Below are positions 53,847-64,000 of a DNA stretch of 64,000 nucleotides, one piece after another. Numbering within the stretch: the first letter of the stretch is position 1; each line of letters starts with the position of its first letter. Source of the stretch: a virus. Lineage: Duplodnaviria > Caudoviricetes. The position numbers were made by a program, and so were the translations under genes. The DNA is taken from the IMG/VR virus record IMGVR_UViG_3300028833_000086, positions 58,738 to 122,737 of that record; one strand, given 5' to 3'. Under the pieces are notes generated by a model. That model was not told the DNA's origin and ran no database searches. It was given only the letters and a program-made list of their open reading frames with translations.

Positions 53847-54591
53847 ACTCATTAGAAGGTTATGAATCGCCAGTAAAAGTATATCAATCTGAATTACAAA
53901 CGGACATAATAGAAGACGAGATTCTACATGTCATTCAAAGCATAGGTGTAGACGTAAACAAAGAAGAACTTCTTAAGGCGCTCGCATATGATCGTAATCA
54001 GTATAAAAAGGGTTATGAAGCGGGATACAACGAGGCATATCGTGAGATGCATGATCAGTTTTTTAACTTCGCTGCGAACATGCGACCAGCTACACCTGAA
54101 GAACAACAAAGTTGTAAAGAATATCTTGACAAGATAAGCACTCCTACGGGAATAAATATTTGGAATTTGTTTGAAAATAAAGGAGGTGATACCGATGAAG
54201 TTGGCATTTGAAAAAGGATACTTACGAGACATAGACGATGAGGCGATTCACGCTCTCCCAATAGAGTACGAGTCTGACACTCTCGAAGATATGTATAAAT
54301 ATATAAAAGATCATAGAAAAGTTTCTTATCTATCAATTAACTTTGACCTAAACAAATCAGACGTACTTGCCATTGACTTTGGTTCGCATGTAGAGTTCTG
54401 CTATGTGTGGGGACTGAATGATGCTAACTGGATGGAGTTTACCAATCCAGTAAAGAAGAAGACAAAGGTAGAAGAGGAAGAGGCAAGTAAAAGACGTTTT
54501 GCATATGATGTACTTTATGATCTTAAGAAACGTAAAGAACTAACATACGAAGAAGCGGTGGCAATACATAAGATTCTCGGGGGAAATTAAT

Positions 54592-54774
54592 ATGAATAAT
54601 GACGTACCAATAATGTATACTGTACAACAGGCAGCGGAGCATTACGGGCTTTCAGTTTCAGCCGTCAGAAAGATAGCCAAATCGGGAGCAGTTTATACTG
54701 TTCCTATTGGCGAGACTGGAAAAAAGATTCTTATTAATAAAGATTCTTTCGACAAATACCTTCGTGGCGAGTAA
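54592..54774 (+). CDS. xis: excisionase-like HTH_17 protein
   Basis: YTVQQAAE..GLS...VR; 60 aa; adjacent to attP and int. Confidence 0.75.
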   Translation: MNNDVPIMYTVQQAAEHYGLSVSAVRKIAKSGAVYTVPIGETGKKILINKDSFDKYLRGE

Positions 54775-54777
54775 AAC

Positions 54778-55008
54778 TTGGGGTTTATTTTGGGGCTTAT
54801 TGGGGTTTATTTTTATAAAAGTTTTGAATAGTTATAAATAGAAAACCCGCATAAACACTGGATTTGTATAGTTATAAACTCGATAGTTTCATTTTGGTAA
54901 GGCGGAGGTCACCAGTTCGATTCTGGTCATCAGCTTCAGTAAATACGGGGTTTCCTGATTAGGAGATCCCGTTTTTCTTTTCCTTGGGGTTTATTTTGGG
55001 GTTTATTC
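54778..55008. repeat. integrase arm-type repeats flanking the att core
   Basis: TTGGGG(T/C)TTATT three times at 54778-54812 and twice at 54984-55008. Confidence 0.7.
54894..54938 (+). other. attP core: 3' half of tRNA-Thr(GGU)
   Basis: TTGGTAAGGCGGAGGTCACCAGTTCGATTCTGGTCATCAGCTTCA = anticodon loop, T-arm and acceptor 3' strand, with no 5' half. Confidence 0.8.
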
Positions 55009-56287
55009 CAAGAGCGCGCACTATGGCATCAGATCCCTGACGATCTGCCTCTCGGAACATATCTACATAGATATTAAGTGTAGTGGTGATATCTGCATGT
55101 CCTAAACGCTTTGAGAGAGCATAAGTATCTGCACCTCCCAGTTTTGCCAGAGAAGCAGATGTATGCCTTAATCCGTGAAGGGGAATGTCTGGTAATATAT
55201 CATTGGGGTCTGTAACCGTCTTATTATAGGCGTGAATGATTCTTTTGAATTCAGCGTAAGGAGTTTCCACTCGCATCTGTAACCCATCTTCTTGGGCAAA
55301 TAAGAAGGCCTGAGAGCCTTTTGGCCCTTTCCAATACGATCCAACTTCATTTATATATTTAGTTTGTTCTAATCTTAATTCCTCAGCAATATCCATGACG
55401 AACAAAGGGATGCACACCTTTCTGATTCCGTTACTGGTTTTAGGAGTCTTAGTATATTGTTTGCTACCGCTGCGCACAGTGGCCTTAGTTATATTGATAA
55501 TTCCTTCTTCTATGTCTAAATCTTCCCATGTAAGTGCCATAATCTCACCACGTCGCATTCCTGAAAAGATAGCGATATAATAGAAGAGTTTGTACTTAAG
55601 TGCCACCTTAAATGTTTTATGAGAGTCGCATGCCTTGAGAGTAATTGTTTTACCATTGCGAATTACTTTACGCTCGTCAAGTAAAATTGGAATTTCGCCA
55701 TCAAGTATTTGTAAAAATCTTAATGTCTGTTGAGGAGTAAATACTTTACCCCCCACTTTATCCCCCACATTCTTATGTTTTATTCGTACTGAATGACAGG
55801 GATTCGCTTGAATATATCCGTATTGTACGCCAAATTCTAATACGCTGGATAGCATAGTGCGTAAACGATTAATGGTGCCTTCAGCATATCCGCTTTTGCC
55901 ATCCTTGCGTTTAGTTGTACGTAAGTCAATAAGGAAATCATGTATGATCATGGGGGTAAGATTAATTAATTTATACACACCGAGCTTGGGCAATATTATA
56001 TTTTCTATACGTGCAGTAGTATCAGCAAATGTGCTTTTTTCAAGATTGTCTTTTCCCTCTTTGGCTTTCCATAAGGCGTATAACTTATTAAGAGTCATGT
56101 GTTCTTTTTCAAGACTCTCTGCTGATAAAGATTTTTGTATTTTCTCAATCTCATAGGCAATCTGCGCCTTGCTAGCTCCTTCTGGAGGAGTATAAGTTTT
56201 TCTAATCTTAATCTGTTTACCCCTATCATCATAACCTTTAGATACGGTTATTCTGTAAGAATTACCTCTTTTTTCCACACCTTTCAT
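54959..56287 (-). CDS. int: phage integrase (tyrosine recombinase)
   Basis: SGMRRGE, TPKT, HGLRHT, RLGH...TT.NIY; AGGAGG RBS before ATG 56287. Confidence 0.93.
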   Translation of the reverse strand: MKGVEKRGNSYRITVSKGYDDRGKQIKIRKTYTPPEGASKAQIAYEIEKIQKSLSAESLEKEHMTLNKLYALWKAKEGKDNLEKSTFADTTARIENIILPKLGVYKLINLTPMIIHDFLIDLRTTKRKDGKSGYAEGTINRLRTMLSSVLEFGVQYGYIQANPCHSVRIKHKNVGDKVGGKVFTPQQTLRFLQILDGEIPILLDERKVIRNGKTITLKACDSHKTFKVALKYKLFYYIAIFSGMRRGEIMALTWEDLDIEEGIINITKATVRSGSKQYTKTPKTSNGIRKVCIPLFVMDIAEELRLEQTKYINEVGSYWKGPKGSQAFLFAQEDGLQMRVETPYAEFKRIIHAYNKTVTDPNDILPDIPLHGLRHTSASLAKLGGADTYALSKRLGHADITTTLNIYVDMFREADRQGSDAIVRALGINPKINPKEKKNGIS

Positions 56288-56375
56288 AAGCACCTCCTTT
56301 TTCTTAACTATATCATACGACTTTACAAAAAATGCCGTAGGTGACATAACAATTAATCACCTACGGCTCATCGTT

Positions 56376-57272
56376 TTATTTCCTTTTTATACAATTTTTA
56401 ATCGAAGTTTTCATTTTATTCATTAATATTAAAAAAGGCGAATCTATTTCTTTTCCGTCTCCATAATATTTTTCAAGATATTGATCGAACTTCATCATCA
56501 TCGTGTTGTCTACGGCGACATAAGCATCTTGCATCCACGGGTATTCTTCTGGTAACCAGCAAGAACCATTGATACCATATTCTTTCCCCCAAGAGTTTTT
56601 AATTAGCCACCATAGTTTACCATTACTATCAGTCTTCCAGCCATATACAGCAAGGGCGTGGCCACCATCACTACAGTAATCTTTACATGGGTCGTAATTT
56701 ACATGTCCATTTTTATCAGGAGTATAAAAACAATTAAAAACTTGTATGCCTATTAGTACGGCTCCAGTATTCATAATTGCCTGTTGAACATCCCTACGAC
56801 TAGTACATTGATAATAAGAATTGATAGCAAAGGGTTTAGCCTTTTTCATCCATTCATTCTTATTATTATTGTATTTTATTTTAAGGTCAGATAATTTCCC
56901 AAACTCGGGAAAGTCTGAAAGTAGTATGGATCCATTTTTACCATTACGCATAGGCGTTTTAAGATACATGCCTTCCATAGCCTCATTGTCTGGTCGGTTA
57001 CAATAAGTAAAGGCTGGACTAAAAGGTACGGTTATTTCACTTTGTGCCTTTTCACGTTCCTGTAAAAAACGAATAAAGTTATATGCACAAGCAGCACACA
57101 TCATGGAATCACCTTGATCATAAGTAAACGGGGAATCTTTTGTCTGATAGTTGTCAGGGATACCATGCGGCGCTACGGCAAACACAGTATCCCTGAATTT
57201 CCAATCACGAGGATCATAAGGATCTGCGAGCGCACGGTTTGTGTGCCCGTATTTATCCCCAAAATCTATCAT
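56376..57272 (-). CDS. papain-like (C1 family) cysteine peptidase
   Basis: DQG...MCAA, GGHA...YG, KNSWG..YG..G. Confidence 0.85.
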   Translation of the reverse strand: MIDFGDKYGHTNRALADPYDPRDWKFRDTVFAVAPHGIPDNYQTKDSPFTYDQGDSMMCAACAYNFIRFLQEREKAQSEITVPFSPAFTYCNRPDNEAMEGMYLKTPMRNGKNGSILLSDFPEFGKLSDLKIKYNNNKNEWMKKAKPFAINSYYQCTSRRDVQQAIMNTGAVLIGIQVFNCFYTPDKNGHVNYDPCKDYCSDGGHALAVYGWKTDSNGKLWWLIKNSWGKEYGINGSCWLPEEYPWMQDAYVAVDNTMMMKFDQYLEKYYGDGKEIDSPFLILMNKMKTSIKNCIKRK

Positions 57273-57589
57273 TTATCGATAGCCTTTCTAAGTCTCTCTT
57301 CAACAAATATCTTTGAAGTTCCAACTGCTTCTTCAATGCTGGATGGAGCATCTTCTTTCTTGATGACTTCAATTATAATAAGTACTGCTTCAGTGACAAG
57401 CTTAATAGCTTTTTCGCTTACACCATGTTTAATAACCTCAATTGCGAGGGCAATAATTGCAATTGTAATCGACATCCAAGGAGCGGTAACTCCCGATGAT
57501 TGAAGATTAACAAGTATAGCACTAATGGCGCCAAGAATAATAAGTATATCTGCTGTGTGTTTCTTTATCCAATCAAAAATATTTTTCAT
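57269..57589 (-). CDS. putative holin (two TM helices)
   Basis: 106 aa with two hydrophobic segments and a charged C-terminus; lysis-cassette position. Confidence 0.55.
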   Translation of the reverse strand: MKNIFDWIKKHTADILIILGAISAILVNLQSSGVTAPWMSITIAIIALAIEVIKHGVSEKAIKLVTEAVLIIIEVIKKEDAPSSIEEAVGTSKIFVEERLRKAIDK

Positions 57590-57804
57590 AGTTTAAATCC
57601 CTCTTTTCTTAATCTATACATAAATAAAACGTAAGTTGCGATCATCCATCCTATTAAAAACATGGACATATATCCAAGTAAAACAAGACGGGGATCTTCT
57701 TGTGTCCAATGAAAATGAAAAACTGCTATTGGAAATAAAATCAAATTGATAATATTTCCAATTACTACAATCGTGTTCACTGTATGAACTGCTTTATCTA
57801 ACAT
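57586..57804 (-). CDS. small membrane protein
   Basis: two hydrophobic segments. Confidence 0.5.
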   Translation of the reverse strand: MLDKAVHTVNTIVVIGNIINLILFPIAVFHFHWTQEDPRLVLLGYMSMFLIGWMIATYVLFMYRLRKEGFKL

Positions 57805-58090
57805 CTTTTTTCAACTCCTCTATTTCATTTTCCATTATTGCTTGCTTTTGTTCGAGTTTGTACATACGCTCGACAACGGAGTTATGCTTCTTTACTTCTT
57901 CTGTTAAATTCTTTATACGCTCATCTGTAAGAGCCATTGCTTTTCCCGTCTCAGCGGCGAACTTATTAAATGTATTTCTCTGTTCATCTCTGATTTTTAC
58001 CATTTGAGCATTGTTGTTAATTACTCCAACCACAATAGCAGAGATTGCGGCAATAGCTGCCGACACAATGCTTCCCCATGTAGGATCCAT
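57794..58090 (-). CDS. holin-like TM + coiled-coil protein
   Basis: N-terminal TM segment; R...L...V.KHN...ER.Y.LE motif common in Clostridia phage lysis regions. Confidence 0.55.
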   Translation of the reverse strand: MDPTWGSIVSAAIAAISAIVVGVINNNAQMVKIRDEQRNTFNKFAAETGKAMALTDERIKNLTEEVKKHNSVVERMYKLEQKQAIMENEIEELKKDVR

Positions 58091-58152
58091 ATACAATACC
58101 TCCTTTCTATAAATATATATAAAAGCTGGACGATATAACGCCCAGCCTTTAC

Positions 58153-58485
58153 TCAAATTTTCTTATACATACCCACGATTTCTTCAGGGGTTATGTCTGA
58201 ATCTGCGTCACGAAGCAAATCCATTGCGTCCGCATGTCGTCGCATATCGTATTCATTTTTCTTTTCTGAGTATGTTTCTATGAAACTCTTAATCATATAG
58301 GCGACAGTTGTACCAAGTATAACTGAGCACACATTAGATGATAAGTTTTCAAGTAGATCTGTTGAACCCATAGTAAAAAGTTGAATTGCCGCAAGAACAT
58401 AACTAAGGCTTATCCATATAACTGCAAATACAGTTATAAAAGTCACATAACGCTTTGTGTATTGAACGAATTTAGTTTTATTCAT
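58153..58485 (-). CDS. membrane protein (lysis region)
   Basis: two TM segments; Y..KS..E motif. Confidence 0.5.
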   Translation of the reverse strand: MNKTKFVQYTKRYVTFITVFAVIWISLSYVLAAIQLFTMGSTDLLENLSSNVCSVILGTTVAYMIKSFIETYSEKKNEYDMRRHADAMDLLRDADSDITPEEIVGMYKKI

Positions 58486-58721
58486 TCCGTATCTCCTTCT
58501 ACAGCATTTACAATTTCTTGTTGATTTAGTTCTTTAGTTATCTCGTCAGGAGTTTGCATGTCCTTCAATCGTTCACTATTAATTACAGCTATATATTGAT
58601 TTTGAACTTTCGTATATAATTCCTTACATACAAGTTCAACTACTGCAATAGGAAGATTAGAATTGTTAATAACATCAACAAGATTATTTCTTAAATCATC
58701 AATTTGTACATTTATATTCAT
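58482..58721 (-). CDS. small tail-region protein
   Basis: INNSNLP...V motif; follows the tail gene. Confidence 0.5.
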   Translation of the reverse strand: MNINVQIDDLRNNLVDVINNSNLPIAVVELVCKELYTKVQNQYIAVINSERLKDMQTPDEITKELNQQEIVNAVEGDTE

Positions 58722-58722
58722 A

Positions 58723-61700
58723 TTAATCCACATTCTCCTTTTGACAAAGCAAATATACATTGGCACGATTTAATCTAGATAAAGTTCCACTAATATCAGT
58801 TACTATACCTGTGCTTGCAAGGTCACAACTAGTAACAACAGTATGCCCATCTATATTTTCAGTATGATAATCTCTTAAGTAATTAATACTAGTTTTTGCA
58901 TATGAATTTATTTTATAAAAAGCGTAAGGATCTTGTTGAACAGTTGTACTCATACCAGTTACAAAAGTAACCAATTGCCACTCAACAGCGTAGCCATCAA
59001 TTTCTCCTGAAGCCAAATGTTCAGCTTTGACTACCAGTTTTCCTGTACTTGTTCCACTTTCAGAAGGAGATAAAATTTGACAACCACCAATATCTCCACT
59101 TCGTGCTTCTATATGATTACAAATTACATTACCACTAGAATCAACAGTAAAATTTCCATTACCAATATTAATCATTCCACCAGTAATAATTGTACCATTA
59201 AGCTGTGTGCCCTCGACAATAGTACCACGTATCGTACCACTAATATCTGCATTAGTCGCCGTAAGATTACCAGCTGCATCAACAGTAAATGTACCGCTAC
59301 CATTATTAATAGTAGTACCAGTTATTGAACCACCACTTATTGCCGTACCAGTAATAGTTGAACCATCTATATTGGATGCTTTAATATCTCCTTTAACAGT
59401 AAGTACTTTATTATGTGTAGTAGGATTCTCGGTAAATGTGAGTGATCCGTCCCCGATACTAAAGTCTCCATCATCAAGATCAATATGACAACCAGTACCA
59501 GTATGCTCATCCCAATTGCTTGAGAAAATATCTGATCCAACTATCGTGCCGCCTCTGATAGATGAGCCACTAATATCCGACGCACTAATATTACCAATAA
59601 GTGACAAATTGCTTCCGTCAAATTTTAAATTACCACCAGCAAAACTAAAGTTACCATTGAGTAAATCTATATGCGTTCCCCTTGCTGGATTAATAGTTCC
59701 TTCAGGCACATAATTGCTTGAATAGATATTGCCACCAATCATTTGTGATCCATTAATCTGACCAGCCGTTACAAACTGAGCGGTAAGACCATAGTCGGTT
59801 TTATCAATAAAAGCAACATCCTCATCACTCCAAGTTTTATAATCATGCTTACCAAGGGCAGCGGAAGATGTTGCCCAACCATCAGTGGTGAACGATATAA
59901 TATTGTGCGTAATACGCAACTGCTCAGGATTATATGAACGTCCATCATCTTCGAGGGTCTTGGCCATAATACCGTATTCGTTGATAATAATTTCTTCGCT
60001 GTCGTTATTCTTCAGAGTTCCCATCGCAGACAGTAAACCAGTTTCAACAAAGTTATTTACATCAACGCTCGTCTTAGCGGCGAACTCTGCCTGATTGGCT
60101 ACACTACCAAATGTAGTAGCCATTGAACGAGCGGAATTAATAACAGACTGCATGTCACTCATCACTCCGCCCATTTGTGTGACAGTGGAAAATGTCAAAT
60201 CGACTTTACTTATATCTGAATAATCAACTTCAATCTCAATTAGACGAAGTCTGAATATTCTGCGATCTGCTTCTACACGTATCCAATTGCCGATCAAGAA
60301 AGCCGATTCGGCTAATTCGTACCCAGTAAGTAAAAGAAGATTATGCATATCACATGAGATAGTATATTGAGGAGTGCTTGCTTTTATTAGTTCATTATTA
60401 GCAAGTTCAATATATTCTTGTGCCTTCTGAAATAGCTCAGTATTTGTCAATCCTTCAGATGAGAAATTACTATTAGTGTACGTATCCTCTCGCCTATAAG
60501 CACAATATATTTGATATAATTCTTCTCCTAAATAGTTTTCGAAGTTGAGTATATTTTGAATACGTCTTATTTCCTTAAGATATCCGTCACGGTAATTAGT
60601 CCAATATAAAACGTTTGCCTGTGCATAATCAGGATTCTCTGTACCATCGAGATTATAACCAGTGGCACGTCTGCTAATTTCTTCTTCACAAGCGACAAGC
60701 TTTTCAAAATATGGTTCGTATATTTCATGGTAAAACTTCGCTACCGCATTTGCCTGTTGCTCCTGATTAAGAATATCCATACAACCCTGAATTGCATCTC
60801 TGAAGGAAGTAAGTCTATTTACACAGTAATAAGTAAGTGCATCTTTAAAGGTATCTAAGTTCTTTATAGATAATACGTTGTATATGCTACCCTCATTATC
60901 ATCATACTTAACAATTTGTTTAGCGATCTTTTGTTTAAGAAATTCTTCATAGTTATCATCAACTTTAATTGTAAGAATGCTAGTGGTTACAACGTCATTA
61001 TCATCTGAATAGTTTGTTACCTTAAATGCACCAGTCCACAAACCATAGTGAGTTTTACCCTTTGGGTCAGTCGGATCTTCGCCATAATAAGTAAACTCGG
61101 CGCCGTCAACAACTTCAACTTTTACATATCCAGTCTTAACATACACAGATGCATATAACCTTAATGCAGCCGACACACTCGCAACACTTGTTGTGCTTGT
61201 AACTTTCGACAACGACATAGGAGAGAGGTTGGCTACAGTAAGTTTGGCTGCCTCGCTTGCCGCCGTAATATTCTCAGGCACATACGCAGGCATCATACCA
61301 GACTGGTAATAAAGTACCTTGTCTATTCCTTCGTAATAGTTATAGACATATTGCTCATATTCAGGTAAATAACTTTCATATAATGTACCATATGAATTGA
61401 TACGATCAACTAACTCTTGAGGCATATCGTCTAATTGATACTCATCAAATCGTGTGATATATGCTGATCCATTGGGATTAAGAGCTTGAATTGTGGCGGT
61501 CATAAGATCGTCCCCAGCTTCAAGCTTCATAGTATTCTTAATTGAATCGGCATCCATTGTGAGCTGAACTTCATCAGTGAGTATTTCTTTATTAATAAGC
61601 ATCGTTGTATCTTCACCATAATACTCAAGATCTGTTCCGCCACATTTCGGACATGTCATATATCTCAAGGTTTCTGTATTGCCTTCATCGTCTACTTCAA

Positions 61701-62769
61701 TTTCTTTCCTTTTAAAATTAGGTTCGACTCTTTTACGACAATCCTTACAATAAACTTTCATGTCATAGACATTAATGGTTTTATTTACATTATCAATCTG
61801 AAATATACATCCAATTTCTTCCGCTACGGTTTGAGATAAGAACTCCCATACACTTTGTCCATTGACAGAGAAAGTTCTTTGGATATTGCATAATTGCTGT
61901 GGTACTTCTCCAATTGTCCATTGAGGAAGTTTATATAAAACTCTATGCAACAATGAAGCTTCTGCATTATCCATGTTGTAAAACTTTGTAACAACATAAT
62001 CTTCACGTGCAATATCAGCTTCTGTATTTACCTCAAATCCATAAAGTAATGTCTGAGACAATTCAGCTATACCTGCACTAACTCCTTGTACGCTTTTTCT
62101 TTGTTGAACTGAATCATAATCGGTAATTGTAATCTCAAGGAAATCATCAAGTTCAGGCACATATACCAACTTAAGATCACCAATCTCATCATACAAAGGA
62201 TCTTCTTCACCATCTAACGTTCTATATACATCAAAAGCTATGGAATTACCATTAACCAATCCAGTAGCAACATGAATAGTATCAGTGGGTATGTTTACTA
62301 TTTCTCCACGCAATTGATGCGCACGATTTGAAAGTATAAAGCGCAGACCATGAGTCAGTGAACTAACCCCCGCAAAAGGAGTAAGACGAGTATTAATTAC
62401 TTCAACCAGCTGTTCAATTGGAATATTTGGAAGATCAATTGTTTCAGCTGTATCATTAAATCTTAATTTTATAGGGTGAATAACTTTGATTTCAGTACCG
62501 TCTTCCAAGGCCCCAAGCCTCATTTCGTTAAACACAACATCGGCAACAGTATCTGAGAACTGTAATTGCATGGGAGGCACAAGCGTAATATCTTTTGTAT
62601 CTCCAAGATTTTGCAAGCTCATACCAGTTAATATAACTGGATTTGGGTTATCCACAACATTAAGCTTAATTGGCTGAAGTAGTCTAAAATTAACAGAATC
62701 AGTCAGCCCGTCTAAAATCATTTTCTTTAATTCTGAAGAGCTGACTACATCTGATAAATTAACTACCAT
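58723..62769 (-). CDS. large tail / baseplate-hub (Tal-like) protein with C-terminal Gly-rich beta-helical repeats
   Basis: 1348 aa following the Dit-like gene; I.G..I.G.TI repeats; FTVD..GN repeats. Confidence 0.7.
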   Translation of the reverse strand: MVVNLSDVVSSSELKKMILDGLTDSVNFRLLQPIKLNVVDNPNPVILTGMSLQNLGDTKDITLVPPMQLQFSDTVADVVFNEMRLGALEDGTEIKVIHPIKLRFNDTAETIDLPNIPIEQLVEVINTRLTPFAGVSSLTHGLRFILSNRAHQLRGEIVNIPTDTIHVATGLVNGNSIAFDVYRTLDGEEDPLYDEIGDLKLVYVPELDDFLEITITDYDSVQQRKSVQGVSAGIAELSQTLLYGFEVNTEADIAREDYVVTKFYNMDNAEASLLHRVLYKLPQWTIGEVPQQLCNIQRTFSVNGQSVWEFLSQTVAEEIGCIFQIDNVNKTINVYDMKVYCKDCRKRVEPNFKRKEIEVDDEGNTETLRYMTCPKCGGTDLEYYGEDTTMLINKEILTDEVQLTMDADSIKNTMKLEAGDDLMTATIQALNPNGSAYITRFDEYQLDDMPQELVDRINSYGTLYESYLPEYEQYVYNYYEGIDKVLYYQSGMMPAYVPENITAASEAAKLTVANLSPMSLSKVTSTTSVASVSAALRLYASVYVKTGYVKVEVVDGAEFTYYGEDPTDPKGKTHYGLWTGAFKVTNYSDDNDVVTTSILTIKVDDNYEEFLKQKIAKQIVKYDDNEGSIYNVLSIKNLDTFKDALTYYCVNRLTSFRDAIQGCMDILNQEQQANAVAKFYHEIYEPYFEKLVACEEEISRRATGYNLDGTENPDYAQANVLYWTNYRDGYLKEIRRIQNILNFENYLGEELYQIYCAYRREDTYTNSNFSSEGLTNTELFQKAQEYIELANNELIKASTPQYTISCDMHNLLLLTGYELAESAFLIGNWIRVEADRRIFRLRLIEIEVDYSDISKVDLTFSTVTQMGGVMSDMQSVINSARSMATTFGSVANQAEFAAKTSVDVNNFVETGLLSAMGTLKNNDSEEIIINEYGIMAKTLEDDGRSYNPEQLRITHNIISFTTDGWATSSAALGKHDYKTWSDEDVAFIDKTDYGLTAQFVTAGQINGSQMIGGNIYSSNYVPEGTINPARGTHIDLLNGNFSFAGGNLKFDGSNLSLIGNISASDISGSSIRGGTIVGSDIFSSNWDEHTGTGCHIDLDDGDFSIGDGSLTFTENPTTHNKVLTVKGDIKASNIDGSTITGTAISGGSITGTTINNGSGTFTVDAAGNLTATNADISGTIRGTIVEGTQLNGTIITGGMINIGNGNFTVDSSGNVICNHIEARSGDIGGCQILSPSESGTSTGKLVVKAEHLASGEIDGYAVEWQLVTFVTGMSTTVQQDPYAFYKINSYAKTSINYLRDYHTENIDGHTVVTSCDLASTGIVTDISGTLSRLNRANVYLLCQKENVD

Positions 62770-62784
62770 AAGTTACTCCTTTCC

Positions 62785-63624
62785 TCACACAAAATGTATT
62801 TTACAAATTGGTGAATATTTTAATTCTTTTATAAGTGCAGCATTTGTTTTTGTTGTATAAACATTCTGTCTGCTATCTGTTCCGTCATCATTCATAGAAT
62901 TTAATACACGCGGATAGATATAATTGAAATCATTAAATAATGTTTTATGATCAGCATTCTCAGAAGTGATAATGCCTCTTTCTCCATCAAGCGTAATTAT
63001 TTCCCCGACCTCACAATTATCTATAACTGTATGACGAGACTCCATGCTATTAGATAGAACTATAGCTCCAGCTGTTACCACTTCAAGTTTAACGGTAGGA
63101 TATATATATCCTTGCTCGTCAGAAATATCATTAAGTGTTAGAGTGGGAGAGTTGTTGTCAATGGTAATTTCATCGTAATAACCAAATGGAGCATCAGATA
63201 TCATTTCAAGAGAAAATCCACTAACACTACTACCAACTGTAAGTGCTTGTATATTAAAAGTCACATGATAGTGCGCACGTATATCCCAATCGGGACGAGT
63301 ATACTCAGGAATAAATTCTCTATACTTGGGCTGATTAAGCCAGCGTACTATATCCCTTGCTTCGGTATGAGTAAAGAATGGCTCATTCTGACAAGGATCC
63401 TTTATAATAGAAATTGTGGCGCCAAGCATCTCGTCATAGGTAGGCCATACAGATTTCTGTTTCTTTAAGAACGGAAGATCTATAGGGTTAAGATTAAGCT
63501 TGTTACCAATATCAGTGGTGTCTAATCCGCCACTTGTATCAACGCCACCTATGACACATCCAAAGTCAGACAGTTTCTTTCCACAATATGTAAAGTCAAT
63601 CAAATCATTCACTGTGATTGTCAT
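62785..63624 (-). CDS. distal tail protein (Dit-like)
   Basis: DF.Y.G..LSDFG, WL, APFGY, GE.I..D and FN..YP motifs. Confidence 0.65.
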   Translation of the reverse strand: MTITVNDLIDFTYCGKKLSDFGCVIGGVDTSGGLDTTDIGNKLNLNPIDLPFLKKQKSVWPTYDEMLGATISIIKDPCQNEPFFTHTEARDIVRWLNQPKYREFIPEYTRPDWDIRAHYHVTFNIQALTVGSSVSGFSLEMISDAPFGYYDEITIDNNSPTLTLNDISDEQGYIYPTVKLEVVTAGAIVLSNSMESRHTVIDNCEVGEIITLDGERGIITSENADHKTLFNDFNYIYPRVLNSMNDDGTDSRQNVYTTKTNAALIKELKYSPICKIHFV

Positions 63625-63928
63625 TTGCTTTACCTCCCTTGTAACCAATATCATTAAAAAACTTATTCATTTTCTTTTTATATTCAGCGTTGAGTTTCAC
63701 AAACTTGTTCTTCTCAGCGGTATATTCATCAATAGCTTTTTCAAGATCGAATATCTCTTCAGACATTTTTGTCTGTAATTCTACGAGTTGATATATAAGA
63801 GCATCCGCTTCCTCTTGCTTACTCTTTAATACGTCCTCATCAACAATACGTTTCTTAAGATCCTCGTTTTCCTTCTTAAGAGCAATGATCATTTTTTCAC
63901 GTCTTTTAATTTTCTCATTTTCAAACAT
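63605..63928 (-). CDS. coiled-coil hypothetical protein
   Basis: 107 aa heptad-rich ORF with AGGAG RBS. Confidence 0.5.
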   Translation of the reverse strand: MFENEKIKRREKMIIALKKENEDLKKRIVDEDVLKSKQEEADALIYQLVELQTKMSEEIFDLEKAIDEYTAEKNKFVKLNAEYKKKMNKFFNDIGYKGGKANDNHSE

Positions 63929-64000
63929 TCTTAACTCCTTCCTTAACTCAATTAAAATCGAGTAAAAAAAAAAAAAAAAAAAGGGAACAGTATTTTTTTC

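Noticed and set aside
54778-55008. CRISPR array or iterons
   Set aside because: The repeats are only ~12 bp with no unique spacers; their position around the att core fits integrase arm sites.
63964-64000. Poly-A run near the window end
   Set aside because: Probably a terminator U-tract for the minus strand or a homopolymer artefact; it cannot be judged at the window edge.

Overview
This 64 kb window is part of a large temperate Firmicutes (probably Clostridia/Lachnospiraceae-like host) siphophage with an SPbeta-like layout. In order on the + strand: (1) ~1-23.6 kb is an accessory region of many small ORFs, including two solo HicA-family toxins, DUF932, a GP88-like protein, a JAB/RadC protein, a XerC-like recombinase, a Pyr_excise-like protein and a TnpB. 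(2) A YopQ/YopR-like (DndB-fold plus recombinase-fold repressor) pair. (3) A replication module: SSB-like protein, AAA_24 ATPase, DnaB, an unexpected cysteine desulfurase, primase and a PD-(D/E)XK nuclease. (4) A ~3.7 kb RNA island at 36.2-39.9 kb. (5) DnaE with an HNH intein, a second TnpB element, a two-catalytic-domain cell-wall hydrolase, a nucleoside deoxyribosyltransferase, and nrdD split by a group I intron with an HNH ORF. (6) xis, then attP (3' half of tRNA-Thr GGU). The minus strand then carries int, the lysis region and tail genes. The RNA island is the most striking part. It holds seven recognisable tRNAs, a pistol ribozyme at the 5' end of a transcript, three tRNA-shaped RNAs whose anticodon arm is replaced by larger domains, a promoter-driven sRNA carrying an anti-Shine-Dalgarno/anti-AUG sequence, and several unassigned 60-340 nt structured RNA cassettes. 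All calls were made by eye; no database searches were run.
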